A stretch of 37,638 nucleotides of DNA from an uncultured Bacteroidales bacterium (GTDB lineage: Bacteria; Bacteroidota; Bacteroidia; Bacteroidales; UBA7960). The position numbers and the translations under genes were made by a program. The first letter of the stretch is position 1, and each line of letters opens with the position of its first letter. Under the pieces are notes generated by a model. The model worked only from the letters and a program-made list of their open reading frames with translations, did no database searches and was not told where the DNA came from. Below, one piece after another: positions 7,928 through 15,044 of the stretch. The DNA is taken from NCBI GenBank assembly GCA_964465275.1, contig CAYXIT010000012.1:1-37638 (forward strand). The letters are read 5' to 3'.

Positions 7928-8947
7928 ATGAATCTGAAACTGTTTTCTTATATAAGCTTTCCGGCCATTTTTCTGATTTTCCTGATTTCATGTGGCAGCA
8001 ATGGTTCGGGTAACAGTAGCGATAACGCTTCAAGTGCTGCCGCAAAAGATGCATCAGAAGCAAAAATTTCCATACCTGTTTTTAATACCGATTCGGCTTA
8101 TTTTTTTGTGGAAAAACAGGTTTCTTTCGGGCCCCGGGTTCCTAATACACCTGAACATGTAGCTTGCGGCGACTGGCTGCAATCTTCACTTGAACGATTT
8201 GCTGATACCGTGTATGTACAACCCGCAAGGGTAAGAGCATGGGATGGCACAATTTTGAATATCCGCAACTTCATCGGAAGTTTTCAACCTGAAAATAACC
8301 GTCGGATTCTGCTATGCGCTCACTGGGATACCCGCCCCTGGGCCGACCATGATCCTGACCCTGCCAATCAGTTTTCAACCTTTGACGGTGCCAACGATGG
8401 TGCCGGCAGTGTGGGAGTATTACTTGAAATTGCCCGTTTACTGAGCAAAAACCAGCCCGACATTGGCATCGATATCATTTTCTTTGATGCAGAAGATTAT
8501 GGTCAGCATGATCAGCATCAGGGGGTTGATCGCGACACCTGGGCACTGGGAAGCCAGCATTGGTCGCGCACACCCCATCGCCCCGATTATAACGCCCGCT
8601 ATGGTATCCTTCTTGATATGGTGGGAGCCTACAATGCCACCTTCCGCCATGAAGGTTATTCAATGCTTTATGCGCCGCATATTGTGCGTAAGGTTTGGCA
8701 AATAGCAAGACAGGAAGGATTCGGCCACTTCTTTATTAATGATGAAGGCGGACATATCATGGATGATCATTATTACATCAATACCATCCGGAATATTCCA
8801 GTAATCAATATTATTGATCAGCGACTCGATACACCCCATGGATTTTTCCCTTACTGGCATACCGTAAAGGACAATATGGATGCCATTGACCCCAATACAC
8901 TCCATGCGGTGGGCACAACAGTATTGAGGGTAATCTTTGAAGAGTAA
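7928..8947 (+). CDS. Lipoprotein glutaminyl-peptide cyclotransferase (M28-fold zinc enzyme)
   Basis: The track ORF begins at a TTG (7886); the first ATG is at 7928 and gives MNLKLFSYISFPAIFLIFLISCGSNG, a lipobox-type signal. Metal-site and fold motifs are CAHWDTRPWADHD, GANDGAGSVGVLLE, FFDAEDYG, ILLDMVG and PYWHTVKDN. These resemble animal-type glutaminyl cyclases and M28 peptidases. I cannot exclude an M28 aminopeptidase. Confidence 0.65.
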   Translation: MNLKLFSYISFPAIFLIFLISCGSNGSGNSSDNASSAAAKDASEAKISIPVFNTDSAYFFVEKQVSFGPRVPNTPEHVACGDWLQSSLERFADTVYVQPARVRAWDGTILNIRNFIGSFQPENNRRILLCAHWDTRPWADHDPDPANQFSTFDGANDGAGSVGVLLEIARLLSKNQPDIGIDIIFFDAEDYGQHDQHQGVDRDTWALGSQHWSRTPHRPDYNARYGILLDMVGAYNATFRHEGYSMLYAPHIVRKVWQIARQEGFGHFFINDEGGHIMDDHYYINTIRNIPVINIIDQRLDTPHGFFPYWHTVKDNMDAIDPNTLHAVGTTVLRVIFEE

Positions 8948-8957
8948 AAAAACTCTT

Positions 8958-10355
8958 TTACAGGTTATTTGCCAGGTTAGCAAGCTCTGAGCGTTCTCCT
9001 TTTTCCAGTTTCACATGCGCATACAGCTTATTTCCTTTAACCCTGTCAATAAGATAGGATAGCCCATTACTCTGTGCATCAAGGTAAGGAGTATCGATCT
9101 GGAAAATATCACCGGTAAATATCATTTTTGTATTCTCTCCGGCACGGGTAATAATTGTCTTGATCTCGTGTGGGGTAAGGTTCTGTGCCTCATCAATAAT
9201 AAAAATAATATTGGAAAGGCTGCGCCCCCTTATATAAGCCAGCGGAGAAACCACAATACGCTCATTCTCCAAAGCCTCAGTAATATTCTTGAACTCTTTG
9301 TCCTTTTCCCGGTATTGCGAATGGATAAATTTCAAATTATCGTAAAGCGGTTCCATGTAGGGGCTAACCTTTGATGCCACATCACCAGGCAGAAAACCTA
9401 TATCGCGGTTGGATAGCGGAATAATTGGTCTTGCCACGAAAAGCTGTTCAAATTCGCGACGCTGTTCCAGAGCCCCGGCCAGCGCGAGCAAGGTTTTCCC
9501 GGTACCTGCTATTCCCTGAAGAGTAACCAGCTTAACTTCAGGATTCAGAATTGCATGCAACGCAAATACCTGTTCGGCATTGCGCGGAGTAATCTTTTGC
9601 ACAGTTCGCTTATCAATAGGTTCTATATGCCCGGTTAAGGGATTAAAGAAAGCAAGTACAGAATTGCTGTGGTTTTTAATGATAAGATACTGATTAGGTT
9701 TTAAATCATTCAAATCAAGATCGGCCGGTTCGCAAAACCCTGCTTCATAAATCTGTGTAATGATCTGGGAATCGACATTGGTTATCTCCATCTTACCCGA
9801 GTATAACTCGTCAACATTTTTTACCTTGCCTGTTTCAAAATCTTCAGCAGCAATATTGAGCGATTTTGCTTTTAACCTGAGGTTGATATCCTTCGACACC
9901 AACACAACTTTCCTGTCAGGATTTTCACGAGCCAGGTAGAGTGCTGTATTCAGTATTCGATGGTCGGGTTTATCTTCACCAAATACAAGGGTTGCATCCA
10001 GCCCGTTGGGTTTGTTCATTACCACGCGTATGCGTCCGCCTTTCGGGTTGCTCAGGGGCACCCATTCCTGCAAAGGCGTTGCCCTGGAAAGTTTGTCAAG
10101 GATTCGTGCAAATTCACGGGCCTCAAAATTCTTGGTGTCATTCCCTTTCTTAAACTGATCTACTTCTTCGAGCACGGTAATGGGCACTGCCACGTCATTA
10201 TCTTCAAAATCAAGGATGGCTCCATGATTATAAAGAATTACAGAAGTATCAATAACGAAGATTTTTGTGCTTGACTGGTTTTTTCTGGTTGTTTTTGACT
10301 TTTTTTCGGATACCCCCCGTGATGTAGATTTTTTAACGGTTGTCCTTTTTTCCAT
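8958..10355 (-). CDS. PhoH2-type protein: PIN-domain RNase fused to PhoH-like ATPase (YlaK family)
   Basis: The PIN acidic residues appear in FVIDTSVIL, LEEVDQFK, DHRILN and SKDINLR. The PhoH ATPase has Walker A GIAGTGKT and Walker B FIIDEAQN. The N-terminal tail is basic and low-complexity. The track start at 10397 is a TTG; the first ATG is at 10355 (MEKRTTVKK). Confidence 0.85.
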   Translation of the reverse strand: MEKRTTVKKSTSRGVSEKKSKTTRKNQSSTKIFVIDTSVILYNHGAILDFEDNDVAVPITVLEEVDQFKKGNDTKNFEAREFARILDKLSRATPLQEWVPLSNPKGGRIRVVMNKPNGLDATLVFGEDKPDHRILNTALYLARENPDRKVVLVSKDINLRLKAKSLNIAAEDFETGKVKNVDELYSGKMEITNVDSQIITQIYEAGFCEPADLDLNDLKPNQYLIIKNHSNSVLAFFNPLTGHIEPIDKRTVQKITPRNAEQVFALHAILNPEVKLVTLQGIAGTGKTLLALAGALEQRREFEQLFVARPIIPLSNRDIGFLPGDVASKVSPYMEPLYDNLKFIHSQYREKDKEFKNITEALENERIVVSPLAYIRGRSLSNIIFIIDEAQNLTPHEIKTIITRAGENTKMIFTGDIFQIDTPYLDAQSNGLSYLIDRVKGNKLYAHVKLEKGERSELANLANNL

Positions 10356-10889
10356 ATTCGTATTAGTGTTATTAGTGTAACTGTTCAGCCAGGGCAAACC
10401 ATTTAAGGCAAAGGACTTTATACTTGTGCGCCGTTTTGCTGTAAAAGCAATAAGTTGCCCTGCATTGAAAAGAACGAAATAATTTTATGTAGCTGAGCGT
10501 TTAAAATTATAGAAGATTTAGGCATCCTGAACATTTTGCAGAAAATGTTATCAACCTGTTTTTGTTAATATCTTTGATGTTTTTGGTTATAACACGCTGA
10601 TTTTCTAAGAATTAATCCTAAACAAAACATTTGTAAGAAAAAACGGTATTTTTAAAAAACCGTACTTTTATTTAGATACCCGTTTTTATTTGGTCAATCA
10701 GATACGGCATCAGGTAAGATACTTTCGCATATGAGAGGAATAAAAGCAGTGATAATATATTTAATAAATACAACCTGGTATTGTAAAGCTTTTTTTAAAA
10801 ATATTCATATTGGTTTTTATATTTCATTTTTTTTGTATTTTAGCAGCCTGAAAAACTAAGGAAATCGCGGATAAAACACACAAGATTAG

Positions 10890-10977
10890 GGAGAGATGGC
10901 CGAGTGGTCGAAGGCGCACGCCTGGAAAGTGTGTATACCTCACAAGGGTATCGAGGGTTCGAATCCCTCTCTCTCCG
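10890..10977 (+). tRNA. tRNA-Ser (anticodon GGA), class II with long variable arm; no encoded CCA
   Basis: A manual cloverleaf fits. The acceptor stem is GGAGAGA/TCTCTCC and the D arm is GCCGAGTGGTCGAAGGC. The anticodon stem is CACGC/GTGTG with loop CTGGAAA. The long variable arm is TATACCTCACAAGGGTATC, the T arm is GAGGG-TTCGAAT-CCCTC and the discriminator is G. Confidence 0.9.
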
Positions 10978-11063
10978 CAAGATTCAGCAGATTAAACAAT
11001 CAATTATAAATTAAACCTTTGCAATAATTAATTACAGTCAAAACAAAACCAATAGAATTTATT

Positions 11064-11894
11064 ATGAAAAAATTATTTGTCTTTTTGACCATGGCCGGGA
11101 TGCTTACTTTCGGATTCAACGCCAAAGTACAAGCTCAGGACGAACAGGAGCCTGAAACTGAAGTTATTGAAACTGAAGATACAATAGCTGTTGAAGAAGA
11201 AGAAATGTCTCCCGCAGACGCAATGTTTGCCGAAGAAGCTGAAGCCGAGGAGGAAGAAGCTGATCAAACTTTCCACTACGTATTAAAGGAAAGATTTATT
11301 GAAGGTGACGCCCGCTTTATGGGTATTGTGCTTCTTACTTTGATTATTGGTTTGGCATTGTGTATTGAGAGGATCATTTATTTGAATCTCGCAAGCACCA
11401 ACACAACAAAACTGCTTAACAATGTTGAGGATGCACTCAAAAGTGGTGGCGTTGATTCAGCCAAAGAGGTTTGCAAAAACACCCGTGGCCCTGTTGCCAG
11501 TATCTTCTATCAGGCGCTGGACCGTTACAATGAAGGAATGGAAGTAGTTGAAAAATCCGTTGTTTCTTACGGTAGTGTGCAAATGGGTCGTTTGGAAATG
11601 AACCTCACCTGGATATCATTGTTTATCGCCATTGCTCCTATGCTTGGATTCATGGGTACGGTAATCGGTATGATTTCAGCGTTTGACGCCATTGCACAAG
11701 CCGGAGATATTTCTCCCACAATTGTTGCAGACGGTATTAAGGTAGCACTTCTTACAACGGTATTCGGTCTTATCGTAGCAGTTGTTCTACAGATCTTCTA
11801 CAATTATATCGTATCAAAAATTGATACTATCGTAAACGGTATGGAAGATGCTACTGTAAGCTTTATGGATATCCTTATTAAGTATAACAAATAA
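11064..11894 (+). CDS. exbB: MotA/TolQ/ExbB-family proton channel protein with signal peptide and acidic N-terminal extension
   Basis: The C-terminal half has the family signature LFIAIAPMLGFMGTVIGMISAFDAI and TTVFGLIVAV. It is followed in the same strand by two ExbD genes. The N-terminus is MKKLFVFLTMAGMLTFGFNAKVQA, followed by a Glu-rich stretch. Confidence 0.85.
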   Translation: MKKLFVFLTMAGMLTFGFNAKVQAQDEQEPETEVIETEDTIAVEEEEMSPADAMFAEEAEAEEEEADQTFHYVLKERFIEGDARFMGIVLLTLIIGLALCIERIIYLNLASTNTTKLLNNVEDALKSGGVDSAKEVCKNTRGPVASIFYQALDRYNEGMEVVEKSVVSYGSVQMGRLEMNLTWISLFIAIAPMLGFMGTVIGMISAFDAIAQAGDISPTIVADGIKVALLTTVFGLIVAVVLQIFYNYIVSKIDTIVNGMEDATVSFMDILIKYNK

Positions 11895-11906
11895 AAAACC
11901 AGTCTT

Positions 11907-12233
11907 ATGAATGACGCACTTATAAACATCGGACTCATTGCTGGATATATCCTATTAGGCCTTGCAGCATTGTTTGCCGTTGGTTTCTCAATATTTCATC
12001 TGATAGCAAATTTTAAAAAAGCCAAAGGTGCGCTCGTTGGTATGGTAGTACTATTGGTTATCTTTCTGATAGGTTATTCAATCTCAACCAGTGAAGCATA
12101 TACCCAAGTGGCAATACCTGTAGGTGAAGTCGCTTCCAAAATCATTGGTGGTGGAATCAATACAACCTTTATGCTTATTGGCCTTGCCATCGTAGCAGCA
12201 GTATTTACCGAAGTGTATAAATTATTCAGATAA
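11907..12233 (+). CDS. Small three-helix integral membrane protein of unknown function, embedded in the exbB-exbD cluster
   Basis: 108-aa ORF with an ATG 12 nt after the exbB stop and three clear hydrophobic helices. I recognise no motif in it. Confidence 0.55.
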   Translation: MNDALINIGLIAGYILLGLAALFAVGFSIFHLIANFKKAKGALVGMVVLLVIFLIGYSISTSEAYTQVAIPVGEVASKIIGGGINTTFMLIGLAIVAAVFTEVYKLFR

Positions 12234-12257
12234 AATAAAAACTAAGGAGAACACTCT

Positions 12258-12833
12258 ATGGCTAGAATGAATCCCGAAATCAATGCCGGTTCAATGGCGG
12301 ATATTGCCTTCCTGCTCCTGGTTTTTTTCCTTGTAACAACTACAAAGGATGTTGATACAGGATTACGGAGGCTGTTACCCCCGCCCATCGACCCCAGTGC
12401 ACCCGAACCACCTCCGGTGAGGGAACGCAATGTATTGGTCGTTCTTGTTGATATGAACGACAGGTTGCTGGTGCGCGGCGAACCAGGCAATATAAGAACA
12501 CTACGTGAAGAAACAAAAAACTTCATAACCAACCCCACCAACGATCCAAACATGCCCGCAAAATTCATGGATGAGATCGAAAACCTGGGTGAGGTAGAAA
12601 GGTCAAGAGGTGTTGTCTCACTACAGAATGACCGGGGTACATCCTACGAAATGTACATTTCCGTTCAAAATGAACTGGCAGCAGCCTTTAATGACATAAG
12701 GAACGATCTTGCTCAGGAAAAATTCGGAGTAAGGTTTGATCAGCTTACTGATCCAGACCTGATCGAAGCCATCCGGAGGGCCGTTCCGCTGGCAATTTCA
12801 GAAGCAGAACCTAAAGATATAGGAGGCAGATAA
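12258..12833 (+). CDS. exbD: ExbD/TolR-family biopolymer transport protein (with Pro-rich linker)
   Basis: The N-terminal SMADIAFLLLVFFLVTT is the typical ExbD TM signature. It is followed by LLPPPIDPSAPEPPPV and then a periplasmic domain. An AAGGAGA motif lies 8 nt upstream of the ATG. Confidence 0.85.
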   Translation: MARMNPEINAGSMADIAFLLLVFFLVTTTKDVDTGLRRLLPPPIDPSAPEPPPVRERNVLVVLVDMNDRLLVRGEPGNIRTLREETKNFITNPTNDPNMPAKFMDEIENLGEVERSRGVVSLQNDRGTSYEMYISVQNELAAAFNDIRNDLAQEKFGVRFDQLTDPDLIEAIRRAVPLAISEAEPKDIGGR

Positions 12834-13303
12834 TGATAAAAGGTAGATTTAAGCAAGATAGCGCACCAAAGTCGCAGAAGATCAATACAGCATCTTTACC
12901 CGACATTATTTTTATGCTCCTGTTCTTCTTCATGGTTACTACAACCATGCGCGAAACAACACTGTTTGTGAAGAATACTCTTCCCTCTGCTACAGAGATT
13001 CAAAAACTGGAACGCAAATCACTGGTGAGCTTTATATATATTGGCGCGCCTATCCAGACAAATATTTTTGGTACCGAGCCACGGATTCAGCTCAACGATG
13101 CTTTTGCAAATATTAACGAGATTGCATCTTTTATTGAAGCTGAAAGGCAGGCAAGACCAGAAGCCGAAAGGCCCCTGATGATCACATCAATGAAAATTGA
13201 TAAAGAAACAAAAATGGGTATTGTTACCGATGTGAAACAGGAACTCAGGCTTGTAAATGCTCTGAATATTAATTACTCTACAATTCGTGGAGAAGTGAGA
13301 TAA
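12833..13303 (+). CDS. exbD: ExbD/TolR-family biopolymer transport protein (second copy)
   Basis: SLPDIIFMLLFFFMVTT is the ExbD signature. The start overlaps the previous stop (TAATG), and AGGAGG lies 6 nt upstream. Confidence 0.85.
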   Translation: MIKGRFKQDSAPKSQKINTASLPDIIFMLLFFFMVTTTMRETTLFVKNTLPSATEIQKLERKSLVSFIYIGAPIQTNIFGTEPRIQLNDAFANINEIASFIEAERQARPEAERPLMITSMKIDKETKMGIVTDVKQELRLVNALNINYSTIRGEVR

Positions 13304-13332
13304 GAACCATTTTTAACTTTTCATACATACTT

Positions 13333-13364
13333 AAAAGCCCTGCAAAAATCCTGCAGGGCTTTTT
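13333..13364. terminator. Bidirectional rho-independent terminator between exbD and the UPF0316 gene
   Basis: The sequence is AAAA-GCCCTGCA-aaaatcc-TGCAGGGC-TTTTT, a perfect 8-9 bp GC-rich stem. An A-run lies upstream and a T-run downstream, and it sits between convergent genes. Confidence 0.8.
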
Positions 13365-13391
13365 AATTTATAGCTCTTCAAATTTGTAGAT

Positions 13392-13988
13392 TTATTTTCT
13401 TTTAAAAATCCTTTCTCTTATCCCTATTCCTTTGGGCTGAACAGGTATACCGAAATAACCATCTTTTGAACTTTTAATTTCTTCAATGGTATAAAAAGCA
13501 TGGGGGTTATACTGGTTTATTGCATTAATAACCCTTGGAATATTTTTCCGTTTTGTAATGGTGAAAATGATTTTAACCTTTGACCCCATCGATCCTTCAG
13601 CATCAACCACCGTAACACCGAAGTTCATATCGCGCAGATGGGTAATAAGTTCGGATGTGTCCTTTTTTGGAACTACTCTTATAAGCACAGTACCAAGCGA
13701 AAGTTTCTCTTCGATGAGAATACCAATGTAATTACCCATAGCAAAACCTGCTCCATAGGCAATATATGACATAGGATTATTAAGCTGCTTCATTACCTGG
13801 GCCACAGCAAGCAACCATATAATTACCTCAAAAAAACCCAGAAAGGGAGCCAGATTCTTTAATCCCTTGGAAACAAAAATGACCCGTAATGTTCCTATGC
13901 TTTGATCCAGTATTCGGGAAGAGAAAATTAAGAGTGGCAAAATAATCCAAATCCACCAGAATGAATCGAAAAAGGCTGAATTTTCCAT
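13392..13988 (-). CDS. UPF0316/DUF2179-family membrane protein (N-terminal 3-TM region + soluble DUF2179 domain)
   Basis: The N-terminal half is hydrophobic (WWIWIILPLLIFSSRILDQSIGTLRVIFVSKG, a YitT/UPF0316-like opening). The C-terminal domain is soluble (VLIRVVPKKD...GVTVVDAEGSMG). The track start at 13991 is a TTG and the adjacent ATG is at 13988. Confidence 0.7.
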   Translation of the reverse strand: MENSAFFDSFWWIWIILPLLIFSSRILDQSIGTLRVIFVSKGLKNLAPFLGFFEVIIWLLAVAQVMKQLNNPMSYIAYGAGFAMGNYIGILIEEKLSLGTVLIRVVPKKDTSELITHLRDMNFGVTVVDAEGSMGSKVKIIFTITKRKNIPRVINAINQYNPHAFYTIEEIKSSKDGYFGIPVQPKGIGIRERIFKRK

Positions 13989-14018
13989 CAATAAGAAAAA
14001 TATTTAGAATTTAAAAAG

Positions 14019-14924
14019 TTAATAATAGACATATTCCTGCCGAAGAGTATAGTTTTTTGATAAACCCCTGCCATCACCATGTATAAAAACCTTTGATGAT
14101 AGCAACATGTTGTGTTCATTATACATACGGCTGACTTTTCCGACAAGTTCACCATTTCGGTTAAACTCCTCCTGCTGAATAATATTGCCCTTCCCGTCAA
14201 AAGTAAAATTGATAGTGCTTTTACGGGCAGTGGTTTCTTCCACAACCTGTACAATCTTTTTTTCGGAATCCTCTTTCATTTGCACCTTTTCAACCAGTTG
14301 TCCTGCATCATTATAGGTAAGTACCTGTTTTTGGTTTCCCGATGGATAGTATTCTATCTCTTTCTTTGATGAATCGCCCGCTGAGCCATCGTATTCTTCA
14401 ACTTCAATAATGTTACCCTTGTCATCGTAACGGGTATTTTTCTCTGATAAAACATCTCCATCGGCATCTTGCATGAGCATCTGGGTAATATTGTCACCAA
14501 CCCATGTGAATTGTTCTATACTTTCCAGGTCGCCATCCGGGTCAACTGTTTCCTTTTTTATAAGTTTTCCCTTATCGTCATAGAAAAAAGTAACGGTATC
14601 AAAAGTTTCATCCATATAATGATGAAGTTCCCTTAAAATTTTTCCCTTATCATCAACTTCCCAGGTTTTATGCACTGCAATTATACCATCCTCTTCCTGA
14701 AGAATCTCTTCAATAAGAAATCCTGATTCATTGTATTTATAGATGTATTCCTGCATCAGCCCTCCCCGGGCATTGTATTGCTTTTCATTTATCACCTTTC
14801 CATCTTCATTGAACACGGTTTTTGAGAAAAGATATTCAAGCTCTTCCAGTTCATCATCGCTGGCCGACTTTAAAACCAGATCTTTCTTAAATACAAGACT
14901 TTCTTTGATTCTCTGTTGCGACAT
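14019..14924 (-). CDS. Cytoplasmic mini YD/RHS-like beta-hairpin repeat protein (no signal peptide, no toxin domain)
   Basis: 301 aa made of about 14 tandem units of about 13 aa, with the pattern [YF]-[DN]-x-x-G-x-[LIV]. Examples are FNEDGKVI, YNESGFLI, DDKGKILR, YDDKGKLIKKETVDPDGDL, YDDKGNII, YNDAGQLV, FDGKGNII and FNRNGELV. The N-terminus is hydrophilic and acidic. Confidence 0.6.
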   Translation of the reverse strand: MSQQRIKESLVFKKDLVLKSASDDELEELEYLFSKTVFNEDGKVINEKQYNARGGLMQEYIYKYNESGFLIEEILQEEDGIIAVHKTWEVDDKGKILRELHHYMDETFDTVTFFYDDKGKLIKKETVDPDGDLESIEQFTWVGDNITQMLMQDADGDVLSEKNTRYDDKGNIIEVEEYDGSAGDSSKKEIEYYPSGNQKQVLTYNDAGQLVEKVQMKEDSEKKIVQVVEETTARKSTINFTFDGKGNIIQQEEFNRNGELVGKVSRMYNEHNMLLSSKVFIHGDGRGLSKNYTLRQEYVYY

Positions 14925-15044
14925 ATTATGACTTTTTTAGACTATTTTATTGTACGGGCAAAGATAAATAAAGCAAAATTAATATATATTTACCCACTCA
15001 TTATCCAATACCTATTATTATAAAAAAAAAGTAAATCCTGATCT

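Noticed and set aside
10418-10534. 35-38 codon ORF upstream of phoH2 on the same strand as a possible PhoAT-like antitoxin
   Set aside because: The translation (MFRMPKSSIILNAQLHKIISFFSMQGNLLLLQQNGAQV) has no convincing features and sits in AT-rich promoter DNA. There is no coupling to the phoH2 start (about 60 nt gap). Comparative evidence would be needed.
10731-10859. 42-codon ORF (MRGIKAVIIYLINTTWYCKAFFKNIHIGFYISFFLYFSSLKN) just upstream of tRNA-Ser
   Set aside because: Its composition simply mirrors the A/T-rich promoter region of the tRNA, and it ends about 30 nt before the tRNA. It is most likely non-coding.
10890-10977. tRNA-Ser as the attachment site of an integrated element
   Set aside because: There is no integrase, excisionase or transposase anywhere in the window. 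I could not find a second copy of the tRNA 3' end (…GGTTCGAATCCCTCTCTCTCC). The flanking genes (phoH2, exbBD) are ordinary chromosomal genes.
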